Source: Endomicrobiales bacterium (GTDB taxonomy: Bacteria > Elusimicrobiota > Endomicrobiia > Endomicrobiales > JALOBY01). Taken from it: 64,000 nucleotides of DNA. The position numbers and the translations under genes are program-made. Positions 19,259 to 30,122 of this stretch are shown here, in pieces. The stretch lies in NCBI GenBank assembly GCA_963796955.1, contig CAWCNJ010000003.1, forward strand, positions 3,472 through 67,471. Reading direction: 5' to 3'. A model generated the notes under the pieces. The model saw only the letters and a program-made list of their open reading frames with translations, did not search any database and was not told the DNA's origin. Position 1 is the stretch's first letter. The number at the start of each line of letters is the position of its first letter.

Positions 19259-20183
19259 CCGCATCATCCGCAAGGCTGGCTGCCGCTACGCCGCATGGTT
19301 CAAAAGAGGAAAAGAACACGTCTTTATCGACGGCTCTCTGTATGATGGGCAGCATGAAATCACCGCACGCCTCGATAACGCCGCCGCCGAGAATAAAAAT
19401 ATCTGGATCAAAGATGTGACGAAGCGTTACACAGGCATTCCCGATGTGTCCGGCAGCGTCGCGCATGATGCCGGTGACGAGCGGGTCTTTTCTGCGAAGC
19501 GATTTGCGCAGGATCTTGCTTTTGATCGTGCTGATCTTACCTTCGATCAACTTCGTTACGACCGAGTTTTGACCGTGAGCCAACTCCTTCTTGATGCTCC
19601 GCTCTATCGCCCATCTTCCCGCGAAAGCCTCTAGACAACCCCTGTTGCCGCAGGTACACCGGGGCCCGCCGGACTGTATCTGCATGTGCCCTATTTCTCC
19701 GGCGGCGCCATTGTGCCCCTGAATAAGGGAGTTGTTAACTATTATGCCGCCGCCGACACCGGTGCCAATGAAGATGGCGACGACGTTTTTAACGCCCCGC
19801 GCGGCGCCAGTCCATTGTTCGCCGAGTGCGCCGAGGTTCGCATCGTTGCCGACCGAGACCTTAATGTGCAGCCGCGCCTGTAATAATTTTTGAAGGTTGA
19901 TGCCGGATAATTTTAAATTGGGTGTTTTTATGATCTTTCCGGTAGCGGGGTCTATCAACCCCGGCACGCCCACACCGACGCCGGCGAGATCCTTTCTGTT
20001 GGCAGATGCTGCAGAAATGGTCTGTTCGATCAGGTCGGAGATAGTGTGCACTATGCGCGAGGGCGAAGCGTTATCCTCGCTTGGCAGTTTTGCCCTGCAC
20101 AGTATCTTCCCTGAGCCGGTAACCAGCGCCGCTGCGATCTTAGTGCCGCCTACATCAATACCTGCGTACATGTATTTTTTCAT
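19218..20183 (-). CDS. ROK family sugar kinase (glucokinase-like)
   Basis: DVGGTK, NDAN..ALGE, GTGVGGG, GEIGH, CTCGNRGCLE. Confidence 0.92.
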   Translation of the reverse strand: MKKYMYAGIDVGGTKIAAALVTGSGKILCRAKLPSEDNASPSRIVHTISDLIEQTISAASANRKDLAGVGVGVPGLIDPATGKIIKTPNLKLSGINLQKLLQARLHIKVSVGNDANLGALGEQWTGAARGVKNVVAIFIGTGVGGGIIVNNSLIQGHNGAAGEIGHMQIQSGGPRCTCGNRGCLEAFAGRWAIERSIKKELAHGQNSVVTKLIEGKISTIKSKILRKSLRRKDPLVTGIMRDAAGHIGNACVTLRHIFDPDIFILGGGVIEACGDFMLPIIQRAVDKDVFFSSFEPCGVAAASLADDAVILGSVALVRGRA

Positions 20184-20309
20184 GGGAATATCATACCATT
20201 TGTTTTAAAAAATTAAAACCCATCGGCGTGATCAGGGCGTGGTCCTTGCAAAAAGTTTACAGATATGTTTATTATATGAGCAATAGCGTTTTGATTCTGG
20301 AGGCTCCCA

Positions 20310-20987
20310 ATGTCACGATTGATAGCGATTGTCGACGACGAGGAAGATATTCTAAAACTCGTGTCTATAAATCTTGAAAAGGCCGGTTTTAGCGTTAAGA
20401 CTTTCAGTGACGCGGATAAGCTTCTTAAGTGGATACCCCGGCAGAAGCCTGACCTGATAATACTTGATCTGATGTTGCCCGGCACCGATGGGCTTGAGGC
20501 GTGTAAAGCGCTTAAACGCGAGAACGCGTATACGAGAATACCGGTGATAATGCTGACCGCCAAAGGCGATGAAACGGACCGCGTGCTGGGCCTGGAACTC
20601 GGCGCCGATGATTATGTGGTGAAACCTTTTTCACCGAAGGAGCTTGTCGCGCGCGTGAAAGCCGTGCTGCGGCGGGATGAGGGTAAAACCAGCGGTAAGG
20701 TGCTGCAGGCGGGGCCGGTCATCCTGGATATAGAAAAATATTCAGTTACGGTGAAAGGCAAGGTCATTGAGGTTACTACCACGGAATTGAAAATACTCGA
20801 ATTGTTAATGGGAAAGCAGGGATATGTTTTTGACCGGGAGAGGATACTGGATCATGTATGGGGAAATGATAAAGTCGTGCTGGACAGGACGATAGATGTA
20901 CATATCAAGAACCTCCGCGAAAAACTTGGCGCCTCCGGTGAAATGATAAAGAATATACGGGGCGTCGGTTACAAACTGGAACAATGA
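20310..20987 (+). CDS. phoB: OmpR-family response regulator PhoB/PhoP
   Basis: VDDE, LDLMLPG, GADDY..KPF, RTIDVHIKNLREKLG, RGVGY; upstream of phoR and pst. Confidence 0.88.
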   Translation: MSRLIAIVDDEEDILKLVSINLEKAGFSVKTFSDADKLLKWIPRQKPDLIILDLMLPGTDGLEACKALKRENAYTRIPVIMLTAKGDETDRVLGLELGADDYVVKPFSPKELVARVKAVLRRDEGKTSGKVLQAGPVILDIEKYSVTVKGKVIEVTTTELKILELLMGKQGYVFDRERILDHVWGNDKVVLDRTIDVHIKNLREKLGASGEMIKNIRGVGYKLEQ

Positions 20988-22714
20988 GATCCGTATTTTA
21001 TAAGTTATTCAGCAGCTATGTCCTGATGATCGCTGGTGTCTCAGCGCTGCTGGCTGTCGTATGGTTGACGGAACTTAAAAGCTTTTATGTCGCCTCGCGC
21101 ACTGAAGATCTAAGCAAATTGACCGTCGTTGTCTCCCGCCTCGCAACACCCTATTTCCAGAGTGAAGGCACCAGCCGGCTCGACCAGTTCATAAAATCAA
21201 TAGGAGCGGAGATAGTTACCAGGCTGACCGTCGTTGATGCATCGGGTGTTGTCCTTGCCGACTCGATCAACAATCCTAAGACTATGGAAAACCACGCGAA
21301 GCGCCCCGAAATTTACGGTGCTCTTAACGGCAGGCCTGCTTCATCTATCCGCTATAGCGATACGGAGCGTCAGGAGATGCTCTATTACGCTGTTCCGGTG
21401 CAGATAAACGGAAAAACTGCAGGCGTCGTGCGGACAAGTCTTTTCATAAAGGATATTGATGCTTCCATAGCTAAAGCCAGGGGGTACGCCGTACGCGTGA
21501 TAGTAATAATGATAATTATCGCGCTGCTTGCCGCGTATGCGCTTACACGAGGTTTCACCGGCCCTGTTAAAGAGCTTCAGAAGGCCTCGGCCCTCGTTGC
21601 TTCCGGGAACTTTACGGCGCGGGTACATATGAGGCAGCGGGATGAATTCCAGGAACTGGCGAAAAGCTTTAATACCATGACCGGTCAGCTGCAGGGGCTG
21701 TTCGCTGAAGTGACCGCGCAAAAAGAAGCCCTTAAAGCGATCGTCACATCGATCAGAGAAGGTTTGCTGGTGGTGCGCGAAGACGGCAATGTGATGCTCT
21801 GTAATGATGCTGCCAGGGCAGCGGTAGGCGTTGATCTTAAGGAAGGGGAGCCTTACTGGGAAACATTACGAAATCCTGCCATAGGTGCGATGATAAAAAA
21901 TTGCATTGCGGCGAAACAACCTGCACTGGGAGAGGCGGAGATAGATAACAAACAGTTCCTGGTCAGCACGGCATATAGTGCCACCCGCAGGGAAGTGGTG
22001 GTGGTTATGTTTGATGTTACCAGTATAAAAAGCCTTGAGATCATGAAGAAGGAGTTGGTGACGAACGCCTCCCATGAGTTGATGACGCCGCTGACCGCTA
22101 TACGCGGTTTTATAGAAACAATGCGCGACGCGACAAAAGAGGAGGCTGCCCAGTACCTGGATATAATCGATAAACATACCGAACGGCTTACCCGTATCGT
22201 CTACGATCTATTGACCCTGTCTAAAATGGAAGAAAAAGGCTTTCTTATGGAATCCCTTCCGGTGAACCTGACGAAATTATTACCGACCGTCACGGGCCTA
22301 ATGGAAGGAAGGGCAAAAGACAAGCGCCTCGCCCTCACCGTTCAGTTTCCCGAAGAACAGCTTTTGGTGTCCGGCGACGTGTTCCGTCTGGAACAGATAT
22401 TCATTAACCTGATAGACAACGCTATAAAATACACCGATAACGGGAAGATAGATGTGGCTCTTTCCAGGGAAGGGTCAGGCGCGGTGATCCGTGTCTGCGA
22501 TACGGGCATCGGTATCCCAAGACAGCTGGTTGAGCGGGTCTTTGAGCGTTTTTTCGTGGTTGACAAATCCCGCTCGCGCCAGTCCGGCGGCACCGGTCTC
22601 GGTCTTGCCATAGTGAAACACGCCGTGCTGATGCACAACGGTTCTATCGACGTAAAACAACAGCCCGGCGGCGGCACCTGTTTTACGGTAACCTTACCTC
22701 TACTGCCTCAGTAA
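20984..22714 (+). CDS. phoR: Phosphate sensor histidine kinase PhoR (TM-HAMP-PAS-HisKA-HATPase)
   Basis: MENHAKRPEI, NASHELMTPL, NLIDNAIKY, FERFFVVDKSRSRQSGGTGLGLAIVKH. Confidence 0.88.
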   Translation: MRSVFYKLFSSYVLMIAGVSALLAVVWLTELKSFYVASRTEDLSKLTVVVSRLATPYFQSEGTSRLDQFIKSIGAEIVTRLTVVDASGVVLADSINNPKTMENHAKRPEIYGALNGRPASSIRYSDTERQEMLYYAVPVQINGKTAGVVRTSLFIKDIDASIAKARGYAVRVIVIMIIIALLAAYALTRGFTGPVKELQKASALVASGNFTARVHMRQRDEFQELAKSFNTMTGQLQGLFAEVTAQKEALKAIVTSIREGLLVVREDGNVMLCNDAARAAVGVDLKEGEPYWETLRNPAIGAMIKNCIAAKQPALGEAEIDNKQFLVSTAYSATRREVVVVMFDVTSIKSLEIMKKELVTNASHELMTPLTAIRGFIETMRDATKEEAAQYLDIIDKHTERLTRIVYDLLTLSKMEEKGFLMESLPVNLTKLLPTVTGLMEGRAKDKRLALTVQFPEEQLLVSGDVFRLEQIFINLIDNAIKYTDNGKIDVALSREGSGAVIRVCDTGIGIPRQLVERVFERFFVVDKSRSRQSGGTGLGLAIVKHAVLMHNGSIDVKQQPGGGTCFTVTLPLLPQ

Positions 22715-22718
22715 ATCC

Positions 22719-22846
22719 CTTAACGCAAACTTCATAGAACGTTTATTTGCCCTTCACTGAGGTTTTATATACTTGCGCCATCACCCTGAAGAAAGGAGGT
22801 GGCCGTCTTAACACGATCTTAACAAAACATTTATACAGGCTTTACG
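22719..22846 (+). promoter_or_regulatory. Two Pho-box-like arrays (11-bp phased TT[ACT]A[CT])
   Basis: TTAAC 22720, TTCAT 22731, TTTAT 22742, TTCAC 22753, TTTAT 22764; then TTAAC 22808, TTAAC 22819, TTTAT 22830, TTTAC 22841; all in one 11-bp register. Confidence 0.78.
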
Positions 22847-22890
22847 TAGGACTGCTAGACTTACCGCAGATAAAACAAGGAGAAGACACT

Positions 22891-24229
22891 ATGAAGAAGC
22901 TGCTCACCGCATTTGCCGCGATAGTATGTATGTCCTCTGTTGCTTTGGCCTCGGAGGTAGAGAGTCTGGTTAACAAACTCGCTGAAAAAGGCGTGATCTC
23001 TTATGGAGAAGCCGCCCAGCTGGTAACTGAATCGAATGAAGACGCGCGGGCCAGCCTTGCATCCGCCTCGGTCTCTACACTGCCCGCCTGGATACAGAAC
23101 ATAACCATGAGCGGCGATCTTCGTCTGCGCTCGCAGGATGACTGGAACGCTGCCAAGAATTTCATCCGCATTCGCGACAGAGTGCGCGTACGGTTGAACT
23201 TCGAAACACGTCTGGCTGAAGGTTATAAAGCGGGTTTTGGTATATCCAACGGCTCCGAGCTGGTGGATGCCAGCGGTGATGAACTTAACACCAATATAAT
23301 AGATGCGAATTCAGGCTCGGCCAACAGCACGTTCACCGGTTTCGGCAGGCTGCCTGTAGAGCTTAACCTTGCATATATTGAGTATTCTCCCGTCATACCC
23401 GGCGTGTCCGCGGCTATAACCGTCGGAAAAATGAAACAGGGTGTGCAGGTTTGGAATGCCACCGATCTGTTGTGGGAATCTTCTCTGAACCCGGACGGCG
23501 CGGCCGTCGGTGTGAACTATAACCTCAACAATGAAATGACACTTGGTTTTATCGGCAGCATCCTCACGATCAATAACCTGAACTCGGCCGTTTCTAATCC
23601 GACCGCAAGCGTAGGCGAAATAACCTACACATGGGATAAGGAAGACTTCAAAGTAAAACTGGGCGTTGCTCAGCAGAAACCTTGACGTTTACGGCAAGAA
23701 CTGCGGTACCTACCTGGGCGACGGAAAGATCGCCGCAGGTGTGCCTTCTATCCTTGACGCTACCGGAGTTGCTACTACCAAGTCTCTTGATTATTTCGTT
23801 ATGAGCGAGAGCTTTGAACTTACCTGGAAGAACGCGTTCGGCGCGAACAATGTCGCGCTTATCGGCGATATGGCAGCCAACTCGTATTCGCCTAACGCCC
23901 CCACGACCATCAGTGACGAGGACGCCAGCTGCTACGGAGTAAAGATCGGCGCAGGCTCGGTCGCCCGTTTAGGCCAGTGGCAGATCATATATCTTAACAG
24001 AACGCTCGGCGGGAATGCCTGGCTTAATAAGCTTGGCGCCAACGATCCCTACGGAGCGGCGCATAACGAGACCGGTTCCCAGGAACAGCTGAGCGTCGGC
24101 CTCAGCAAGGCAATGACCGTTGCATTCACCTATTATTCATACGACTTGCTTGAGAAAACCGCGGCACAGACCGCCGCAGGCAATACCAAACAGGATATAT
24201 TTCAGGCTGACCTGATCTATAAGTTCTAA
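22891..24229 (+). CDS. Putative outer-membrane porin (phosphate-regulated), one frameshift at ~23677
   Basis: Signal peptide MKKLL...ALA, LVNKLAEKGVIS, SGDLRLR, R.R.RVRL, C-terminal QADLIYKF. ORFs 22747-23685 and 23666-24229 join if one A is removed from cagaaacc. Confidence 0.78.
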
Positions 24230-24258
24230 GAACGCAAATTAACCAAGGAGACAAACCA

Positions 24259-25069
24259 ATGAAAAAGTATATTACCACACTGCTCGGGCTTTCGTTGATA
24301 GCGGCCAACCTGTTCGCCGCCGGATCAAAGATAGTGTTGGAAGGCTCCACGACCGTGCTTCCTATCGCGCAGGCTGCTGCGGAAGAGTTCATGGCTCAGC
24401 ATAAAGATGCGGATCTCTCTGTTCGCGGCGGCGGTTCCGGCGTCGGCGCTGCCTCGCTGCTGGAAAGCACCTGTGATATAGCTGATATGTCCCGCGCTAT
24501 GAAGGATGATGAGCTTAAGAAAGCGGCCGGCCGCGGTATTTCGCCGAAGGCCCATGTGGTAGCTATGGACGGCATAGCGGTGATACTCAATAACAGCAAC
24601 GGAGTAACGGCGCTGACAAAAAGCCAGATAAAAGGTATCTTTACCGGCAGTATTTCCGATTGGAGCAAGGTCGGCGGAACTCCGGGTAAAATAGTCGTTG
24701 TTTCCCGCGACAGCGCCAGCGGCACCTTTGAAGCCTTCGGCGAACTTGCCCTTTCAAAAGAAAAAGTTCGTTCCGACGCTCTGATGCAGGCTTCTAATCA
24801 AGCGGTTGCGGGTGTGGTTTCCAAAACTCCCGAGGCCATCGGCTACGTCGGGCTCGGTTATCTCACGAAAGAGATCAAAGCGGTTACGGTGGACGGCATA
24901 GAATGCAACAAAAGACCGTCCTGTCAAAAAAAAATATCCGCTCTCCAGGCCGTTGTTCATGTACACGAACGGAGCGGCTAAAGGTACCGTGAAGGAATTC
25001 TTTGATTTCCTTCTCAGCGCCGAAGGGCAGAAGATAGTTGAAGATCAGGGGTTTGTAGGACTGAACTAA
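24259..25069 (+). CDS. pstS: Phosphate ABC transporter substrate-binding protein, frameshifted near 24910-24932
   Basis: GSTTV.P, GGGSG.G, DIADMSR, SRDSASGT..AF, AIGYVGLGY. The C-terminus YPLSRPLFMYTNG...EGQKIVEDQGFV continues in another frame to TAA 25069. Confidence 0.88.
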
Positions 25070-25093
25070 CCCAAAACATAGTGTGTTGCACGC

Positions 25094-25170
25094 GCCCTGC
25101 GAGCGTATTGTCTACAGGGCGGCCCTCACCCTCTTTCCTCACCCTTCACGGGCGGGGAAAGGGGTGGGGG
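25094..25170 (+). other. Intercistronic stem-loops between pstS and pstC
   Basis: GCCCTG...CAGGGC, and a long CCCTCACCCTCTTTCCTCACCC/GGGCGGGGAAAGGGGTGGGGG hairpin; position typical of pstS mRNA stabilisers. Confidence 0.6.
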
Positions 25171-25189
25171 ATCAAGTTTTTAAGGGAAT

Positions 25190-26078
25190 ATGATGCGTTA
25201 CGAATTGAAAGAAAAACTGATCCGATATGTTTTCGCCGTCCTTGCGTTCTCTTCCGTGCTCTTCCTCGCCGGGATCGTTCTGGTGCTGTTCAAAGAAGGA
25301 CTGCCTGCTTTTGTATATATAAACCCTTGGAAGTTCCTGACGGGGAGCGCCTGGTATCCCACGAGATCCGGCTGAATTCGGTATCCTGCCGATAGTGCTT
25401 GCCTCTCTGTCGGTCACGGCGGGCGCGATGGCTACTGTGCGTCCCACTGGGTATCGGCAGGCATTGTATATACATCAGTTGGCGGGACACAAACAAAAGA
25501 CGATGCTCAGAGCCGGCTTATCGAACTTTTGGCTGCGATACCTTGATCGTTTACGGATTTTTCGGCATGGTGGTGGTGGCCCCGTTCATACAAAAACTGT
25601 TGCACCTGCCGACGGGTCTGTGCGCTTTCACCGCCAGCGTTGTCCTGGGGATCATGGCGATACCGACGGTCGCAAGCATCGCTGAAGATTGGCTTAAGCT
25701 ACGTGCCGAACAGTTTCCGGGAGGCGGCCTTCGCCGTAGGCGCAACCGCTGGCAGACCCTAACGCGCGTTATTATTCCAGCGGCCGGTTCCGGCATTTCA
25801 ACGGCTATCATTCTCGGCATGGGCCGCATTGTCGGCGAGACCATGACCGTGCTGATGGTGGCCGGCGGCGCGGCGGTCATTCCCCATACCTTTTTCCAGC
25901 CGGTGCGCCCCATGACCTCTACCATCGCGGCCGAGATGGGCGAGGCCGTTATGGGCAGCGCCATTATCATGCCCTGTTCGCTATTGCGTTATTGTTGTTC
26001 TTCTGCACCCTTTTTATAAATATGATCGCCGAATTCATAGGCAGAAAATACCGGCTTAAACTGGGGCTGGGAAGATGA
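25190..26078 (+). pseudogene. pstC: Phosphate ABC permease PstC, multiply frameshifted (probably sequencing error)
   Basis: Fragments in alternating frames: KEGLP..FLTG..WYP, EFGILP, VPLGIG, IVYGFFG, MAIPT.ASI.ED, GMGRIVGETM.VLMVAG, MTSTIAAEMGEA; TGA 26078 overlaps pstA ATG. Confidence 0.82.
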
Positions 26079-26947
26079 ACATGAACATGAATTCCCTGAA
26101 GAACCGGCTATTTCAGCAGGGCGGCTTTATTCTGCTGACACTGTGCGTCGGAATAACCATATATTTCCTCGGCACGATACTCTATTTCATCATCCTCCAT
26201 GGATTCCACATTATCAGCTGGGAGTTTTTAACCCAGGTGCCGAGAAAAGCAATGACAGCCGGCGGTGTGGCCCCTGCGATAATCGGTACGCTCTACCTGA
26301 CACTGGGGGCGGTGCTGTTCGCGTTGCCGCTGGGCCTTGCCTGTGCGATCTATATTACGGAGTACAGCCCCAGCGGCTGGGTAGTGAACCTGCTGAGGAT
26401 GAGCATCAGCAATCTTGCCGGCGTCCCCTCAGTAGTTTTCGGCTTGTTCGGTCTGGCGGTCTTCGTAAAAATGATGGGACTCGGTGTGTGCATATTATCC
26501 GGCAGCCTTACCCTCGGCATACTGATCCTTCCCGGGATCATCGCGGCCGCCCAGGAATCGCTGATCTCGGTGCCGCAATCTCTCAGAGAAGCAGCCCTTG
26601 CGGTAGGCGCGACGCAATGGCAGACGATACGCAGGATCGTGCTTCCGGCCGCATTGCCGGGAGTGCTGACCGGTGTGATCTTAAGCATCGGCCGTGCCGC
26701 CGGCGAAACAGCACCGATCCTGTTTACCGCAGCCACGTTCTTCACGCGGGGATATCCGGCCTCGCCGCTTTCGGAAACGATGGCACTGCCGTATCATATC
26801 TACGCTCTTATGACGGAAGGTACTCACCCCGAGCAGCAAACCGCGATCGCCTATGGCTGCGCGCTTATATTGCTTGTTATGGTGCTGATGATCTCGGGGG
26901 TCGCGATCATCATTCGGCAGCGTCAACAGGCGCCATTTAAACACTGA
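26075..26947 (+). CDS. pstA: Phosphate ABC permease PstA
   Basis: [26 protein letters not shown] (EAA loop), GRAAGETAP. Confidence 0.93.
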   Translation: MNMNMNSLKNRLFQQGGFILLTLCVGITIYFLGTILYFIILHGFHIISWEFLTQVPRKAMTAGGVAPAIIGTLYLTLGAVLFALPLGLACAIYITEYSPSGWVVNLLRMSISNLAGVPSVVFGLFGLAVFVKMMGLGVCILSGSLTLGILILPGIIAAAQESLISVPQSLREAALAVGATQWQTIRRIVLPAALPGVLTGVILSIGRAAGETAPILFTAATFFTRGYPASPLSETMALPYHIYALMTEGTHPEQQTAIAYGCALILLVMVLMISGVAIIIRQRQQAPFKH

Positions 26948-26954
26948 GGATATT

Positions 26955-27722
26955 ATGGACAATGTAAATGCAGTTCGCATGAGGATAGAAAAGATAAATT
27001 TTTACTACGGTTCCGTACACGCCCTGAAAGATATCTCTATGGATATATTTGAGAATCGGGTGACGTCGTTCATCGGCCCGTCCGGCTGCGGGAAATCCAC
27101 GTTTATTCGCCTGCTGAACCGGATGAACGACCTGACACCGGGAACGCGCCTGGAAGGGCAGGTTATGCTGGACCGTAAGGATATTAATGCCAGGGGCACC
27201 GACGTGGTTGCCCTGCGCAGGCGGGTCGGGATGGTATTCCAAAAGCCTAATCCGTTCCCAAAGACCATCTATGAAAATCTTGCGTTCGGCCTGGAGATCC
27301 AGGGTATAACCGATAAAACAAGGATAAACGCGATCGTCGAGGACAGCCTTAAGAAAGCGGCGTTATGGAACGAAGTCAAGGACCGGCTCTATGATAACGC
27401 CCTGCAGCTTTCGGGCGGCCAGCAGCAACGTTTATGCATCGCGCGCTGCCTTGCCGTGGACCCCGAAGTGATACTCTTCGACGAACCCTGCGCCAGCCTG
27501 GATCCTATTTCCACAGCCCGCATCGAAGAACTGATAATGCAGCTGAAAAAAGAATACACTATCGTAATAGTGACACACAACATGCAGCAGGCGGCCCGCG
27601 TCTCGGACTACACTGCGTTCATGTATATGGGCGAATTGATAGAGTTCGGCAAGACGGATAAGATCTTTACGGTGCCGAGGGACAAGCGCACAGAAGATTA
27701 TATAACCGGAAAATTTGGCTAG
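26955..27722 (+). CDS. pstB: Phosphate ABC ATPase PstB
   Basis: [52 protein letters not shown]. Confidence 0.96.
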   Translation: MDNVNAVRMRIEKINFYYGSVHALKDISMDIFENRVTSFIGPSGCGKSTFIRLLNRMNDLTPGTRLEGQVMLDRKDINARGTDVVALRRRVGMVFQKPNPFPKTIYENLAFGLEIQGITDKTRINAIVEDSLKKAALWNEVKDRLYDNALQLSGGQQQRLCIARCLAVDPEVILFDEPCASLDPISTARIEELIMQLKKEYTIVIVTHNMQQAARVSDYTAFMYMGELIEFGKTDKIFTVPRDKRTEDYITGKFG

Positions 27723-28398
27723 GGAGGGGAACTTGTACCAGGACAAACTGGCAGGGCTTAAAAAAGAAATTATTGAATACTCGTCTCTGATTGAGACGAT
27801 GATACAAAACAGCGTCACGGGCTTACTACAAAAGAATCTGGAGCTGCTGGAGGGGGTGATCTACGAGCTTGAGCCGCGCGCTAATACCCGGGAAAATGAG
27901 ATCGATGAACATTGTACCGCCCTGATAGCGCAGTATCAGCCGGCTGCAAAGGACCTGCGCACGATATTAATGGTCTACCGGATGAACAGCGACCTCGAAC
28001 GGATGGGAGACCATGCCGTTAATATCGCGGAGAGCGCATTATTTCTTATACAGCGCCCGGCGGTGAAACCGTTCATAGACCTGCCGCAAATGAGCTCGCT
28101 GGTCGCCAAAATGGTCAAAGACAGCATCAATTCTTTCATTAATGAAGATGTGGCCCTTGCCAGATCCATCCGGGCCAGTGATGGTGAGGTGGATGCGCTT
28201 AAGGCCAGGAGTTCCGACGAGCTGATAGAATGTATGGTAAGGAACCCGGATACGGTGGAGCGCGCCATGCATCTTTCCCGCGTGCTTGGCAATCTGGAAC
28301 GCATTGCGGATCTTTCCACCAATATAGGCGAAGATGTTACCTTTATGGTCGAGGGACTTGTTATGAAGCATCATAAGGACGCGTTACCGCCGGCTTAA
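27715..28398 (+). CDS. phoU: Phosphate signalling protein PhoU
   Basis: [33 protein letters not shown]. Confidence 0.94.
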   Translation: MAREGNLYQDKLAGLKKEIIEYSSLIETMIQNSVTGLLQKNLELLEGVIYELEPRANTRENEIDEHCTALIAQYQPAAKDLRTILMVYRMNSDLERMGDHAVNIAESALFLIQRPAVKPFIDLPQMSSLVAKMVKDSINSFINEDVALARSIRASDGEVDALKARSSDELIECMVRNPDTVERAMHLSRVLGNLERIADLSTNIGEDVTFMVEGLVMKHHKDALPPA

Positions 28399-28421
28399 TA
28401 CACAATTAACATTTTCTTTAT
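28395..28421 (+). promoter_or_regulatory. Pho-box-like array upstream of olsB
   Basis: TTAAT 28395, TTAAC 28406, TTTAT 28417 (11-bp phase); candidate -10 TATACT at 28443. Confidence 0.6.
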
Positions 28422-28425
28422 CAGG

Positions 28426-28478
28426 AACACACGGTGCCCTTGTATACTTTACGATATACAAGGGCACCGTGTGTTTTT
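28426..28478 (+). terminator. 21-bp perfect inverted repeat / terminator after phoU
   Basis: AACACACGGTGCCCTTGTATA-CTTTACGA-TATACAAGGGCACCGTGTGTT, then TTT. Confidence 0.75.
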
Positions 28479-28495
28479 CGTTATAGGAGGCGACT

Positions 28496-29341
28496 ATGTC
28501 AGCAGCTATCATGTACAGGCCGTGGAACCCGGGGATCGAAGGAAATATGCGCGGGATGCTTATGTTCCCATTCCGTATGACCATCAAGGGATTCAGGAAA
28601 AAAATGTCCGTATTCATAGAGAGGAATAACTACATCGTCAAAACGATCGATGATGCCTTCGAGCTCGAACAGGCTCTTTCCCTGCGCTATAGGGTCTTTT
28701 ACGGGGAAATGCTGGATAAGCGCAGGATCGTTCCGTTGGATATGGACAAGCACGATATGCACTGCGACCATCTCGCGGTGATAGATAAACGCAGCAATGA
28801 AGTGGTAGGCACCTACCGGTTGAACCTGTCATCATTCGGCAGACCGTTCTACTCGGCAGGAGAGTTCGAGATGGATAATATAATCCGCCTGCCCGGAAGA
28901 AAGCTTGAATTGGGACGCGCCTGTATCAGTCGGGAACACAGGAACGGTGTTACCATCTCATTGTTGTGGCGCGGGATAAAGGCCTATATGGCGGCTGCCG
29001 GAGCGGATTGGGCGTTCGGCTGCTCCAGCGTTAAAGCGGCGCGCTATGAGGATGTCAGGCCGCTGCATGACGCGCTGCTTCTGACCTATTACGCAGGTGA
29101 TAAATACCGGGTCAGCCCGCGAAAGAAATATACATTTAACGACATCACAGCCGATCGAGCCGGTAGCGTCGCGCCGGAGAGCACTGCTGCGGTACCATCT
29201 TTGCTAAACGCCTACCTGAAGGGCGGTGCGCGCATAGCTGGGGATCCGGCCTTTGATAAAATGTTCAAATGCGCAGATTTTTTTACCCTGATCAGGACAA
29301 GGGATATGACCGGTGCAATGGGGAGGGAAACGGTATCATGA
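28496..29341 (+). CDS. olsB: GNAT N-acyltransferase, OlsB/Acetyltransf_5 (amino-lipid synthesis)
   Basis: LRYRVFY.E, D.D..D..CDHL, VVGTYRL, FYSAGEF, LELGRAC....R.G, FGCSS, PSLL.AYL..GA...G.PA.D..F..ADF. Confidence 0.8.
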   Translation: MSAAIMYRPWNPGIEGNMRGMLMFPFRMTIKGFRKKMSVFIERNNYIVKTIDDAFELEQALSLRYRVFYGEMLDKRRIVPLDMDKHDMHCDHLAVIDKRSNEVVGTYRLNLSSFGRPFYSAGEFEMDNIIRLPGRKLELGRACISREHRNGVTISLLWRGIKAYMAAAGADWAFGCSSVKAARYEDVRPLHDALLLTYYAGDKYRVSPRKKYTFNDITADRAGSVAPESTAAVPSLLNAYLKGGARIAGDPAFDKMFKCADFFTLIRTRDMTGAMGRETVS

Positions 29342-30108
29342 AAACCATAATACGCTGTATTGCAACATTGTTCATTTTGTCTGAATTCACTATAGCGGCG
29401 GCGTTCGGCGTCTTTATAACGGACAAGATCGAAAAGCGGCGTTATGCCGCCCGGATAACGTCATGGTATGCCAGAAAATTACTGTCAGTGCTGCATATCC
29501 ATGTGCGACTGGAGAACCGCAAACAATTTTATACCTTACCGTCCAGATGCCTGGTATATGCCAACCATCTGTCTTATCTGGATATCCTGGCGATAGCTGC
29601 CAGTATCCCCTGTATCTTTGTCACTTCGCTGGACGTCGGCGCCACCGGAATAATCGGTATCTTGTCTCGTATGGCAGGGGCGGTTTTTATCGAAAGACGC
29701 CGCGCACAGTCGCTGCGCAGGGAAGTCCCTATGTTGCAGGAATTGTTGAGCGAGGCGGGGCGGATCACCATATTTCCGGAAGGCACATCTTCCGACGGCA
29801 GCGGTGTTTTACCGTTCAAGGCCTCGTTCGCCCAGGCGGCGGTGAATGCCAGGGTGCCGCTCGTGCCGGTCCGGATATCATATTCGAAATATAACGGGTC
29901 CGCCCTTAAAAGGGACAATGCCGACCGCCTGTTGTGGTATGGCGACATGACCTTTGTTGATCATCTTTTGCACCTTTGTACCATCAAATCCGCGGTCATA
30001 AGCCTGCGGGTACTGGAAACCGTTTCTCCCGCCTCGGGTGTCGATCGTAAAACAATAACCGCCGAAGCGTACTCTAAAATAGCATCCGCATATACTCCAA
30101 TAGTCTGA
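29338..30108 (+). CDS. PlsC-family (lyso-lipid) acyltransferase, OlsA-like
   Basis: NHLSYLD (HX4D), FIERR, FPEGTSSDG..V..FK, WYGDMTF..H; ATGA-coupled to olsB. Confidence 0.85.
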   Translation: MKTIIRCIATLFILSEFTIAAAFGVFITDKIEKRRYAARITSWYARKLLSVLHIHVRLENRKQFYTLPSRCLVYANHLSYLDILAIAASIPCIFVTSLDVGATGIIGILSRMAGAVFIERRRAQSLRREVPMLQELLSEAGRITIFPEGTSSDGSGVLPFKASFAQAAVNARVPLVPVRISYSKYNGSALKRDNADRLLWYGDMTFVDHLLHLCTIKSAVISLRVLETVSPASGVDRKTITAEAYSKIASAYTPIV

Positions 30109-30122
30109 AAATAGTCGCTACT

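Noticed and set aside
20251-20275. Pho box upstream of phoB (TTTAC...TTTAT)
   Set aside because: Only two half-sites, 12 bp apart rather than 11
22719-22846. CRISPR-like array
   Set aside because: Repeats are 5-6-bp half-sites at an 11-bp period, i.e. transcription-factor boxes; no cas genes or 25-45-bp repeats anywhere in the window
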